This document shows, one piece after another, positions 39,538-49,492 of a stretch of 64,000 bases of DNA. The notes below the pieces were generated by a model, which searched no databases, was not told where the DNA came from, and saw only the letters and a list, made by a program, of their open reading frames with translations. Source of the DNA: an uncultured delta proteobacterium (GTDB lineage Bacteria; Desulfobacterota; Binatia; UBA9968); NCBI GenBank assembly GCA_963727625.1, contig CAVSHR010000004.1:960001-1024000 (forward strand). Direction: 5' to 3'. The position numbers were made by a program, and so were the translations under genes. Each line of letters begins with the position of its first letter. Position 1 is the stretch's first letter.

Positions 39538-40275
39538 GTGGCTGACCATAGCAAATTGACGCTGCAGCAAGCAAAGCAAAAAGCTGAGGGGATCAGAAAA
39601 ATAATCCTCGATACTTATCATCGTGAAGTCCAACCCTCGCCGTTTTTCAACGATCTCCGCGCGGGGACTCTCTCGCGCCCGCGTCTCCAGGGCTGGATCA
39701 AAAATTGGTACTCGTTTGCGCTCGAGGTCAACACCGGAATGGCCACCTCCTATCATCAGTTCGTCGGCTTTTTCAAAAGACATCCGGACCTGGAAAATCG
39801 CATCGCGCAGAAAATCGGCGAAGAATTTACCACCCCGGCCATCGGCGGCCATGCGCGCATGCTGCCGATTCTCGGCAAGGCGCTCGATGTCAGCGCCGAA
39901 GAGATGATCGAGTGCGAGCTCATTCCCGAAGCCCGCGGCCTGGTCGACTTTTTCGTTCGTTCGTGGATCGACATCCCGCTCGCCGAATGTTTCGCGGTGC
40001 ACATGGAAGAAGAAATCTTCGGGTTTATCTCGCGCGATTTCCGCCAAAGCCTGCCCAAGTACGGGGTGACCGAAGCTGACATGAAGTATTTTCGCGTCCA
40101 CGAGGAAGCCGATCTCGACGCACATCATGGCGGCACCAACCAGGCGATCCTGGAAGTCGCCCTGCAGGAAGGCTACGGCAACGAGCGGGCCGGATGGCCG
40201 CTCGAATATTGCGGCAAGATCGCCGTGCAGATGATCGGCAATTTCTACGATGGAGTTTACCGGCGCTACGCTTAG
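39538..40275 (+). CDS. Heme-oxygenase-like (TenA/PqqC/CADD) diiron enzyme
   Basis: EE......GGH, EEE and YF.VH...D..H ligand pattern; GTG start with RBS aaagga. Confidence 0.78.
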   Translation: MADHSKLTLQQAKQKAEGIRKIILDTYHREVQPSPFFNDLRAGTLSRPRLQGWIKNWYSFALEVNTGMATSYHQFVGFFKRHPDLENRIAQKIGEEFTTPAIGGHARMLPILGKALDVSAEEMIECELIPEARGLVDFFVRSWIDIPLAECFAVHMEEEIFGFISRDFRQSLPKYGVTEADMKYFRVHEEADLDAHHGGTNQAILEVALQEGYGNERAGWPLEYCGKIAVQMIGNFYDGVYRRYA

Positions 40276-40283
40276 GCGAAGCG

Positions 40284-40400
40284 CCGGTTCAAACCGTTCA
40301 ACCGCTTCGCTCCGCTCAAATTGTTTAAAAACGCAACAAGAAGAAACACCGGCCCGAAGTTTTGAACGGCTTGAACCTTTTGGACGATTTGAACAAGTTC
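40284..40400. repeat. Family A repeat, full inverted form
   Basis: ggttcaaaccgttcaaccg ... tttgaacggcttgaaccttttggacgatttgaac. Confidence 0.85.
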
Positions 40401-40413
40401 AGAGGTTAAGAAA

Positions 40414-41445
40414 ATGGCACTGCCGAAAGAAATCCAAGAGCTCAACGACCTGCTCCGGCCGCGCTGGGTTTCCGGATTGTGGAACGTCGATCATGCCGAG
40501 CGCCCGCCCGACCCCAAAACCCGCGTCAAACCGCATCTGTGGAAGTGGCACGATATCTACGACAGCTTGATTCAAGCCAAGGACAAGATATCCGTCGCGA
40601 GTGGCAGCGTCGAACGGCGGGTGATTCGCCTGGTCAATCCCGGCTTGGCCGAAACCGAGATGACCAGCCATACGATCCTGCTGTCATTTCAATTGATCCA
40701 ACCCGGCGAAGTCGCTCCGGCCCATCGTCACACCATGGCCGCGTTTCGCTTTATTCTTCAGGGCCACGGCGCCTATACCAACGTGGATGGGCAAAAGATG
40801 GTGATGGAAGACGGCGATCTGATCCTCACTCCGCAAGGCTGCTGGCACGAGCACGCCCACGAAGGCGACGAAAACATGCTTTGGATCGACGGACTCGACG
40901 TGCCCTTCGTTCAAGCGCTGCAACAAATTTCCTTTGATCCCTACAAACCCGGCCGCTTGCCGGTCAGCGAGAGCGTCGATCCGGCAATGTTTTACGGCAT
41001 GACGCGACCGATCGGCGACGATCTGCCCAAAACCGCCATGTTACATTACCACTGGCACGACACCTATTCGTCGCTGCAACGCATAGCTCGCACTCCCGGG
41101 AGTCCCTTCGATGGCGCAGCGCTGGAGTTCGTCAATCCCGCGACCGGCGGGCCGACGATGCCGACGATGTCCTGCCGAGTTCAGATGCTCCGCCCCGATG
41201 AAAAAACCAAATCACACCGCCACACCAGCACGAGCATTTACCATGCTTTCCGCGGCAGCGGTACGACGGTGATCAATGGCGCAAAATGGCATTGGCAGAA
41301 AGGCGACACGTTCATCGTGCCGTTGTGGTCCTGGCACGAACACAGCAACGATTCATCGACCGAAGAAGCGATTCTATTCTCCATGCACGATGAGCCAATC
41401 TTGAAAGCGTTCGGATTGTATAGAGAGGAAGCGGCGACGGCTTGA
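40414..41445 (+). CDS. Gentisate 1,2-dioxygenase-like bicupin (paralog of 31819..32862)
   Basis: Same motifs as the first cupin, with long identical stretches (KMVMEDGDLILTPQ; YHAFRGSGTT). Confidence 0.9.
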   Translation: MALPKEIQELNDLLRPRWVSGLWNVDHAERPPDPKTRVKPHLWKWHDIYDSLIQAKDKISVASGSVERRVIRLVNPGLAETEMTSHTILLSFQLIQPGEVAPAHRHTMAAFRFILQGHGAYTNVDGQKMVMEDGDLILTPQGCWHEHAHEGDENMLWIDGLDVPFVQALQQISFDPYKPGRLPVSESVDPAMFYGMTRPIGDDLPKTAMLHYHWHDTYSSLQRIARTPGSPFDGAALEFVNPATGGPTMPTMSCRVQMLRPDEKTKSHRHTSTSIYHAFRGSGTTVINGAKWHWQKGDTFIVPLWSWHEHSNDSSTEEAILFSMHDEPILKAFGLYREEAATA

Positions 41446-41775
41446 GTCCATCACAGGCGGGCTAACGATCGCCATAGATCGCGCTCCCAGAGCCGCGCGT
41501 CACTGCTTTCCTCCCTACCTCAGCAACTGGGGCCGAACGTGGAGAACCATTGAATTGTCAAAATTTCCCTCGAGTCGCAGCGGTTTCTTGAGGCTGGAAC
41601 GCGCGCCGGCGCAACCTTTTTCCCGCGCCGTCTTCGGCGATACGGATGAAATTGGCGACTATCGCGGCGGTTCCAGGACGGAGATATATTACTCGGCGGA
41701 AAGGGCGAGTCGCGCTACGGAACTGCGCTTCCGTCGTACCCGCGGTTACGCAACAGACTTTCTCGGAGGACGCTG

Positions 41776-42720
41776 ATGCAGTTGGGGGTTTTTCTTCCCG
41801 TTTCCGGCCGCGCCGCGAGCCGGAGGACGCTCATGCAGGCGGCGCAGCGGGCCGAAGCGCTCGGCTATGATTCGATCTGGGCAGCGGATCGGCTGGTGAT
41901 GCCCTGGAAGATCGAGACCGCTTATCCCTACAGCAGAGAATCGACTTTCATCGTGCCGCCCGACCGGCCGTTTTTCGACACGCTCACCTGCCTTGCCTTT
42001 CTCGCCGGCTGCACGGAGAAGATCCGGCTTGGCATGAGCGTCATGGTGCTGCCTTACCGCCATCCGCTGCACTGGTCCCGGGTCGCCACCACCATCGATC
42101 AGCTATCCACCGGCCGGCTGATCCTGGGCGTCGGCGTCGGCTGGATGGAAGAAGAGTTCGCCGCCATGAACGCGCCGTTCAAAGAACGCGGCAAAGTCGC
42201 CGACGAGCAGCTCACACTGCTCAAGCAGCTTTGGACGGAAGAGCATATTTCTTTTCACGGCAAGTACTACAACGTCGATGACATCGCCTTTAACCCGAAA
42301 CCTTTTCAGACACCGCGCATCCCGATCTGGGTCGGCGGCGAGGGCAAATACGCCCAGCGCCGCGCCGGCAGGTTCGGCGACGCCTGGTTCCCTTACTTCG
42401 TAAGAATGACGCCGGAAGGACTGGCGGCGGGATTCGCAAACGTCCGCGCCGAAGCCAAGAACACCGGCCGTAACCCGGACGAGGTCGAACTTGCCTGCTG
42501 CCTGCCTGTCGAGTTGACGCCCTCCGCCGGTCCGAAGATCACCGATTATCTAAAAGGCAGCATCGAGCAGGTCACCGAAAGACTCAAACAGTTCATCGAC
42601 ATCGGCGTAATCCACATCGGCCTCCAGTTCATGATCCCCCACTATCCCGAGCGCCAGGAACAGATCGACCGCTTCGCCCGCGAAGCCCTGCCGAATTTGA
42701 AGGCGTATGCAAAGACCTGA
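41776..42720 (+). CDS. LLM-class, probably F420-dependent, oxidoreductase
   Basis: SIW..DR..., DQLS.GRLILGVGVGW..EEF and PIWVGG motifs. Confidence 0.88.
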   Translation: MQLGVFLPVSGRAASRRTLMQAAQRAEALGYDSIWAADRLVMPWKIETAYPYSRESTFIVPPDRPFFDTLTCLAFLAGCTEKIRLGMSVMVLPYRHPLHWSRVATTIDQLSTGRLILGVGVGWMEEEFAAMNAPFKERGKVADEQLTLLKQLWTEEHISFHGKYYNVDDIAFNPKPFQTPRIPIWVGGEGKYAQRRAGRFGDAWFPYFVRMTPEGLAAGFANVRAEAKNTGRNPDEVELACCLPVELTPSAGPKITDYLKGSIEQVTERLKQFIDIGVIHIGLQFMIPHYPERQEQIDRFAREALPNLKAYAKT

Positions 42721-42766
42721 TCGTGGTTCCTGTCCGTGTTCGTTCCCACCGAGGTTTTCGCCCGAA

Positions 42767-42860
42767 AACGATTTGAACGGCTTGAACGTTTTGAACGAGC
42801 TCGACGCGCAGCTTAAACGCATTGAACTCCTCCTGCGTTCGGATCGCTTGAAGTTCAACG
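42767..42860. repeat. Family A 9-bp-period repeat
   Basis: atttgaacggcttgaacgttttgaacg...cttaaacgcattgaac. Confidence 0.8.
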
Positions 42861-42915
42861 GCGGGCCGGATAAAAAAAGTTAGTCTATCAAATAAGATTG
42901 AAAGAAAGGTTTCTT

Positions 42916-43920
42916 ATGGCCAATCTACCCAGAGTTGCACTCATCTTAACCGGCGGCACCATCGATTCCCTCGGCAAAGACCGCCTCGACCTCGCCTGGT
43001 ACATCGAAGCCGGCAAGCGCTTGAAGGACGGCGAGCTGCTGCAGCAATTGCCGGAATTGAAGGAGATCGCCGAAGTTCAGGAGTTGCCCTTTCGCCGCTT
43101 GCCGAGTCACGCTCTGATCGACAAAGACTGGCTTGACCTGGTGCGCACGATTCACAAGATCTTCGACGAAGACAAAGCCGACGGCATCGTCATCACCCAC
43201 GGCACCAACACCATCGAAGAGACCGCCTATTTTCTGAACCTGACCCTCAAAACCGACAAGCCCGTGGTCGTGGTCGGCTCCATGCGGCCGGCATCGGCGA
43301 TCAGCGCCGACGGCTACTTGAACGTGGTCAACGCCGTCAAAGTTGCCGCCGAGCCGAGCTCCAGGGGGCGCGGATGTCTGCTGGTGATGAACGACACGAT
43401 CTTTAACGGCCGCGACGTGACCAAGAACGCGACTTATCGGGTGGAAGCTTTCCAGTCGCGCGACTTGGGCCCCCTCGGCTTCGCCGACGGCGACGGGAAG
43501 ATCGTTTACTACCACCAGCCGGTGCGCAAGCACACCACGGCAACGGAATTCGACGTGCGCAATCTGGAATCGTTGCCGCGCGTCGACATGGTGCTTTCTT
43601 ATGTCGGCGCCGACGGCACGATGATCGAAGCCGCGGCGAACGCCGGAGCGAAGGGCATCGTCAGCGCCGGCACCGGCGCCGGCCGGCCGACTCCAGCCGA
43701 AGACGCAGCGTTCGACAAATGCTTCAAGGAAACTGGCATGCTCATGTGCCTGTGCAGCCGCGTCGCCTCCGGCCGCGTGGTCCGGAGCCCAGGTTTGCAA
43801 AGACGCGGATTCGTCGCCGGCGATAATCTGCAACCCTGGAAGGCGCGGCTATTGCTCTCGTTGGCACTGACGAAGACGAACAACGCGGATGAGATTCAGC
43901 GGATGTTCGATACGTACTAA
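42916..43920 (+). CDS. Asparaginase/glutaminase family protein
   Basis: TGGTI, HGTNT.EETAYF, GSMRP, DG..N and VTK motifs. Confidence 0.9.
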   Translation: MANLPRVALILTGGTIDSLGKDRLDLAWYIEAGKRLKDGELLQQLPELKEIAEVQELPFRRLPSHALIDKDWLDLVRTIHKIFDEDKADGIVITHGTNTIEETAYFLNLTLKTDKPVVVVGSMRPASAISADGYLNVVNAVKVAAEPSSRGRGCLLVMNDTIFNGRDVTKNATYRVEAFQSRDLGPLGFADGDGKIVYYHQPVRKHTTATEFDVRNLESLPRVDMVLSYVGADGTMIEAAANAGAKGIVSAGTGAGRPTPAEDAAFDKCFKETGMLMCLCSRVASGRVVRSPGLQRRGFVAGDNLQPWKARLLLSLALTKTNNADEIQRMFDTY

Positions 43921-44192
43921 GCGGTACTGCCAGAGGTCAGACCGCCTGTAACTTTACCCGTAGTTCGCGGCGTGGTGGCCAGCAGCGAAGTCGTCGGGAT
44001 CGGCACGTTTTAGTTGAAAAGTGGCGGTTGACATGCAGGCGTCGCTCTTCGAGATCGCTTTTCAGCTTGAAAAAACGATCGCTAAGCTCCTACACGACGC
44101 TCCTTATTATATCTTACAGCGCTAAATCAAAAAGTTGTGCTGCTCCGACCCAAGAAGGCGGAAGGACCCAAATCGCGAATGAGCTAAACTTA

Positions 44193-44420
44193 TTATAGCA
44201 GGGAGTTGAATTGTTCTACGGATAGCTGGGCGGCTTTGAGAATATGAGACAACGTGCCTCGTTTCACCGGCCGATGGGCAGGCACTGTGATTTTTAGAAC
44301 ACCATCGCTGGTTCTCTTTTGGAGGCGAATGTGACTTCCTCGCTGTCTCACAACCACAAACCCCGCCCGCTGAAGCGCTTTGACAATCCGATCGAAGGAT
44401 ACGCTCGGAAGCTCACTCAC
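44193..44420 (-). CDS. hicA: HicA-family toxin
   Basis: GF...RQRGSH and TVP.H...KRGTL..ILK.A motifs. Confidence 0.9.
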   Translation of the reverse strand: MSELPSVSFDRIVKALQRAGFVVVRQRGSHIRLQKRTSDGVLKITVPAHRPVKRGTLSHILKAAQLSVEQFNSLL

Positions 44421-44617
44421 AAAACGATTTCCCGAACATCCTTCCCCGTGCCGGCAAGGTCGTCATCCACCGGCTCGAGGTAGAGTTCGATAGCCTCCCG
44501 GATGTTCTTAAGTGCCTCAGTCTCGCTCTCTCCTTCCGACACACACCCGGGAAGAGACGGCACATAAACCGTAAACCCGCCTTCTTCCGAAGATTCCAAA
44601 ACGACCTTGAGCTTCAT
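44417..44617 (-). CDS. hicB: HicB-family antitoxin (short), upstream of toxin (hicBA order)
   Basis: EEGGF.V.VPSLPGC.SEG....EA..NIREAI motif; 4-bp overlap with hicA. Confidence 0.9.
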   Translation of the reverse strand: MKLKVVLESSEEGGFTVYVPSLPGCVSEGESETEALKNIREAIELYLEPVDDDLAGTGKDVREIVL

Positions 44618-44816
44618 GTGGCCCTCCGTCCGCAAGAAATATAGGCCCTTTGGGAAGCTGAGTCAAAACTGGCGCGGTTAAACCGCGGAGTGAAAGCCGT
44701 GAACGTGGTTCGTGATCGTGCGCTTTTCGACTCACGCCTCGTGCCCGACTTCACATTTCGATGTTTCGAGAATTCCCGAAACGTGGAGCTCCTCTCTCCA
44801 AGTCCAAAGTCGTCAA

Positions 44817-46132
44817 TGGAGTGCGCCCCATTGACTGGAGAGAAAAGCAGAGAATTTGAGGTGGGTGCGATCGGCTCAACCAGCGGGCAAGATGGACCCG
44901 CAGCAAGGAGTCGGTCGATGGGAAAGCAGCGACGGAAATTCGAGACCGGGTTCAAGCAACAGATCATCGGCGAGGTGGAGTCGGGGTTGTTAACCGTGAG
45001 CGCCGCTACTCGTAAGTATCAGATCTCGGGCAGCGTGATCGATCGGTGGCGGCAACAAGCCCGGCAAGGAACTGTTCAAGACTTCGCCAGCGTGCGGGAG
45101 AAGGCCTTGGAACCTGAGAACCGCGAGCTCAAGGAGAAGCTGGCCGAGCTGGATCTGGAAAGCGCCCAGTTAAAAAAACTCGGGGACTGGCTACGGCGGC
45201 ACAAAAGCGTCAGTACCTCGGTGATCAGCGCGCAGAGTTTGGCTCGATCGTCCAAGGACTTAAAATCATGAAGCTGGCATCGAGCAGTGACTACTACCGG
45301 CCGCTGACCGATCTCCAAGAGTGAGATCGAAGTGACGCTTTACTGCGTGATCAGATCGAGCGGCTCCAAGGGGAGTTTCCCGGCTACGGCTATCGGCGGT
45401 TGGGCCGGCAGCTACGGCGCGAAGGGATTGTGGTCAACGACAAAAAGATCCGCCGCATCCAGAGGGAATACCAGCTATTTCCCATCCGCTGGCACAGTTT
45501 CAAGATCGCCAGCACCGATTCGAATCATGGGTACAAGATTTATCCGAATTTGCTCAGGGGGAAAGACTCTGACGGGAATCAATCAGGTCTGGGTAGCGGA
45601 CATCGCCTACATCCGGATCTTGACGGGGTTTGTCTTTCTGGCGGCCATCCTGGATCGATATTCCCGTAAGGTCATCGGTTGGGCGATTTCCAAACGAATC
45701 GATGCCGAGCTGGGCTTGGCAGCTTTGAAAACCGCTCTGGAGACACGAAAGCCCCCGCCTGGCTGTATTCACCACTGTGATCGCGGGGTGCAGTACGCCC
45801 CTGGCGGGAATATATCGCCCTGCTCGAAGCGGCCAACATGCAGATCAGCATGTCGAGAACCGCCAATCCCTACGACAACGCCCACATGGAATCGTTCTTT
45901 AAGACGCTAAAATACCAAGAGGTCCACCTGGCCAACTACCAAACCTACGACGATGTCCTGCAGAGGATTCCCCATTCATCGAGGAGGTGTATAACAGCAA
46001 ACGACTGCATTCGGCCCTGGGGTATCTACCGCCAAAGGAATACGAGATGGCACTTCGATCTACCACAAAAACTACCGCTCGCCCCTCCCTCAAATCTCGC
46101 TGAAATCTCTCCAGCCGAAGGGGCGCAGTCCA
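44817..46132 (+). mobile_element. IS3-family element, decayed
   Basis: TG...CA termini with inverted repeats tggagtgcgccccattgactggagag / ctctccagccgaaggggcgcagtcca. No clear target duplication. Confidence 0.88.
44918..46050 (+). pseudogene. IS3 transposase orfA/orfB with multiple frameshifts
   Basis: OrfA HTH (MGKQRRKF...). OrfB pieces GYGYRR, WVADIAY, HHCDRGVQY and NAHMESFFKTLK lie in different frames. Confidence 0.88.
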
Positions 46133-46272
46133 GACAGACTCCCGACCCCTTTTCGACTAGCCTCAACTGTCAATCGCTGCCCCTTGGTAAACCTGACGTT
46201 GCAATAGAATGACCGACCGCCGTTTGGGTAGCGTTCGGTACCGAAGAATTGCCGCTGCGCTGTGGCAAAGTT

Positions 46273-46303
46273 AAAAAGAGCGGGACGGAAACGATCCCGT
46301 CTC
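46273..46303 (-). terminator. Rho-independent terminator of the binding-protein gene
   Basis: Minus strand gagacggga...tcccgctc-ttttt. Confidence 0.6.
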
Positions 46304-46336
46304 CTCCACTGATCGCATGAATCAGTTCGATAAAAC

Positions 46337-47362
46337 TCACATTCCGAACATCTGCTGAAATTTCTTTTCCCAGCTCTTGATCTCATCCGTCGTCGGTACG
46401 TCCATGAGAACCAGTTGATCGATTTTGACATCCTCGAAGCGAGACTTCACATCCGGATGAACTGTATATTCTCCATCAGCATCAGCAAAGATTTTGAGCA
46501 CCTCTGGTTGTAAGAAAAAATCGATATAAAGGCGTGCCGCGTTTGGATGTGAAGCGTCCTTATTCACACCCAACGCACTCACGGAGGCGAGATACTTATC
46601 CATTCGCACGTAATCAATGGGACCCCCATACTGAAATTTTGACTTTATATATGCTATCGCCACAGGCACTTCGCCAGTAATTAAGGTACGAACTGCCGGA
46701 CTCATAGAACGACCCAGTCTAGGCTTCTGCTTCGCCCAGCCCTGGACCACCTCTAACCAATTTTTCCCCAAAAGCTTGTGAAGGCTGATTACAAACTGGA
46801 GTGTCGTCGTATGGACCGCGGGATTCGCCATGGCGAACTTCTCTCGCCATTTGGCATCGAGAAGATCTTTCCACGTCTTGGGAGCCTCTTCTCTCTTCAA
46901 CAGGTTAGTGTTGTAATTGATTCCCACTGGTAAAACACGCCAAGTAGTCATCAAACGATCCGGGTCCCTGAATTGATTGGGGAATATGTCTGCTGCAGGT
47001 GGGCTAAATTTATCCAAGATACCCTTTCCCTTAATGGCGTACATAATCCCACGGTTCCCCATTACCACGTCAAATAGACTTTTCCCTGCCCTCGCCTCAT
47101 TAAGGACTCGGTTTACGATTCCCGTTGCCGACCCTCTCCAGTGTTTAACCTTTATTCCGTACTTCTCTTCAAACAGGTCGCCAATCTTTTTTGCAGTCGT
47201 GATTGAAAGAGCCGCGTACAAAGTGACTTCACCCTCTTGTTTGGCAGCCTCGATCGTTTTAGGAGTAATTTGACCATGCGCAAAAGAAGCTATGAAAACC
47301 AGGGTAGCCGTGATGGTTGGAAAAACCGTTCTTCTAATTGTCAAAAAAGTCCGAAGTCTCAT
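46337..47362 (-). CDS. ABC substrate-binding protein (paralog of 18277..19299), orphan
   Basis: AAKQEGEV, KYGIKV..WR, HTTT.QF and HPNAARLY motifs; visibly lower GC; RBS aggagg. Confidence 0.88.
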   Translation of the reverse strand: MRLRTFLTIRRTVFPTITATLVFIASFAHGQITPKTIEAAKQEGEVTLYAALSITTAKKIGDLFEEKYGIKVKHWRGSATGIVNRVLNEARAGKSLFDVVMGNRGIMYAIKGKGILDKFSPPAADIFPNQFRDPDRLMTTWRVLPVGINYNTNLLKREEAPKTWKDLLDAKWREKFAMANPAVHTTTLQFVISLHKLLGKNWLEVVQGWAKQKPRLGRSMSPAVRTLITGEVPVAIAYIKSKFQYGGPIDYVRMDKYLASVSALGVNKDASHPNAARLYIDFFLQPEVLKIFADADGEYTVHPDVKSRFEDVKIDQLVLMDVPTTDEIKSWEKKFQQMFGM

Positions 47363-47874
47363 TACCACCTCCTGATGAAAAAACTAAGTATTAACGGTCT
47401 ACAGGACCAGCTCTCTCAAGATCATCTGTGCGGTCCAATGTCACTTTATCGGCAAAAGAATTTACATGTCAATGCTGGCTGACCATATCGCTGTGGAATG
47501 ACGGGATGTGCCTTCGAATGACGAAGCAAAATATGTTTTTACTTGATAAGATCGCAGCGGCATTGTTGATGGGGTTGTTATAGAAGTCAAAAAAAGAGAG
47601 AGGAAGATTGAGAACGCACGCTAGCAGCCCGTGGTACAAGTCGGCTTTCACAAAACGCACGGGATCATTTCGAGGCGGTGATTCGGGATCGTAAACAGTT
47701 TCAGATCGAGTCCTGGGCGCCGATGAGCGGTCATTGGGTCACGCAGTAGCACCCACAGAGCAAAATAAAGAGCCAGAACGGTGGCCAATCGGCCCTGCAA
47801 GCCGCGTGGCGTTCCAATTCCCGTCGACGTGCGCATCCACCGGCCGAGGTTACAGGCCGCCACGTGTACGGAAA

Positions 47875-48040
47875 TCACAAAGGGGACAGACTGCTTTTCT
47901 TTTCCCGCCGCGGCCGGCCACGCGGGCGAAGCGTGCTGCCCAGACCAAACCTCGAAGCCATCTCCGCTTGCCAATCCAATATTCCGAACGGTCGTTGCCG
48001 ATTCAAACATTCACGAACGCTTTGCCAACTCGATTTGACC
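47875..48040 (-). pseudogene. C-terminal remnant of a Y1 HUH (RAYT/IS200-like) transposase
   Basis: (ELA)SVRECLNRQRPFG..DWQ...A.RFGLGSTLRPRGRPR resembles the C-terminal tail of one RAYT subfamily (recognised from memory, not searched). Confidence 0.6.
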
Positions 48041-48179
48041 GTTGCCTCACGCCTATTCGTCAACGTCTTGAACGGAGTGGAGCGATTGAACGTGTTTCAG
48101 TATACGAAATTCTCGGCACGACGGCCTTCTACCATAGCGGCCATCAACGCTTCAATCGAAAAGCAGCCTGTCTCCTTTT
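47879..48179. mobile_element. MITE-like unit bounded by ~20-bp inverted repeats
   Basis: aaaggggacagactgctttt (47879) / aaaagcagcctgtctcctttt (48159). It encloses the transposase remnant and a family A repeat (48063..48093). Confidence 0.55.
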
Positions 48180-48479
48180 CCGGACTCAAGATATTCAAAC
48201 CGGAGCTTTGGTCAACACTGTGGAACGGCGAGAAGGATTTTCCCAAGATCAAACTGACATCGCTTCAGATTTCCTGGCGCTGGTCCAATGCCATCACGTA
48301 ACTTTCGAACAAAGTCTAAAAACAAAAAAAACAGCACTCTCAGGAGTCAACTCCGCAGCAAGAGGCTGGCTTCAAATCGTTTCGCTAACAGAACTAGAAA
48401 AATCTCTCTGTCTCCGTTAGCGCACAGCTATACCCAAGCTCGCGCTATGTCAAACAAAGCTTTAGAAGTGTCCTGATTC

Positions 48480-48947
48480 CTAGCTGTCTTTACGAAAATC
48501 CGTCCGAAAAACCTTATGACACCCGCCGCAGGCACCTTCCCTAACATTGCCCAGCTCTTTAACCTTAATGTTAACCTCGGCTTCGTTTTTGGCTGCGGCC
48601 GCCTTACTAAGCCCTTCGGCTGCCTTTCGGGCGTTTGCGGTAAGACTCTTGAATTCATCGGTCTTCACCCAAATATCCGCGTGAGCTCGCGATTTTTCTG
48701 TGGTGCTCCCCTTCGGAAACAGAGCTAAATAATTATCGACGTGACCCACGATATCTTTCGCCTTTAACTCTATCGTGGCGTAATCTTTTTCCTCGTTGGC
48801 TTTGCCAATGGCCTTTACATCTGCATTATTAGACTTCATGACATCTTTTCTCTTTTTGACGATATCCTCCTGGGCGAAAACCTGTGTGGAAATTAAGAAT
48901 AAAAATAGGCCACCTAAACCTGCGAGTAGTAACCTGCCGTGATTCAT
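48480..48947 (-). CDS. Cytochrome c' (class II cytochrome c)
   Basis: Signal peptide, R...MK, LFP.GS, IW....F and C-terminal CGGCH. Confidence 0.88.
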   Translation of the reverse strand: MNHGRLLLAGLGGLFLFLISTQVFAQEDIVKKRKDVMKSNNADVKAIGKANEEKDYATIELKAKDIVGHVDNYLALFPKGSTTEKSRAHADIWVKTDEFKSLTANARKAAEGLSKAAAAKNEAEVNIKVKELGNVREGACGGCHKVFRTDFRKDS

Positions 48948-49249
48948 TGTTTCTCCTATTTATGTATAAATTTATTGTTTTACTGCTTGGTTAGCTCATA
49001 AGCGTAATATTTGGCGTGGTAGGGGGTTAGGTCCATTCTATAAGGGTTTGGTTTTTAGCGCTGTCTAGCCGTAGTCGCCGCGCCGCTTTCAGTAGCTCGA
49101 ATCGTTAAAAAAGTTTGGGTGGTTCCGGACGTTCAAGGTCAGATTCGGGGCCGGAAGTCGGCGCGAATCTTCCGTAGGTTACTGCATCGGGCGGGTTTCG
49201 GGCAAGGGCGATGTTTAAAGGCAAACGGATGAAAATTATCAATGCTGCG

Positions 49250-49305
49250 GACCGTTCCAAACGTTCAAGCCGTTCAACCACTGCCCTCCGTTCAAACCGT
49301 TGAAG
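49250..49305. repeat. Family A 9-bp-period repeat
   Basis: ccgttccaaacgttcaagccgttcaacc...ccgttcaaaccgttgaa. Confidence 0.8.
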
Positions 49306-49492
49306 ACGTGATGGTGGAAGGTGGTCGGACAACTGTCGTGATCGTGGGGCGGAGAAAGGATGTCGACATGGACGAAAAAGGCACGATCGTGTTTCGTGAT
49401 GGTATGATAAGACGGAACGCGAATAGACAACCGGCGTCTCCCGTAACTCCGGGCCGCGAAAGTCGGTCGTGCTTTCACGCCGCCTTCATGCG

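Noticed and set aside
41446-41775. 330-bp intergenic region as a riboswitch or ncRNA
   Set aside because: No recognisable conserved riboswitch motif; an Rfam scan would be needed.
44673-44760. Palindrome cgcggtt-a-aaccgcg and a weak 6-bp-period gtgaac/tcgtg run upstream of hicB
   Set aside because: Single, short and degenerate; this HicB lacks a DNA-binding domain, so an operator role is unsupported.
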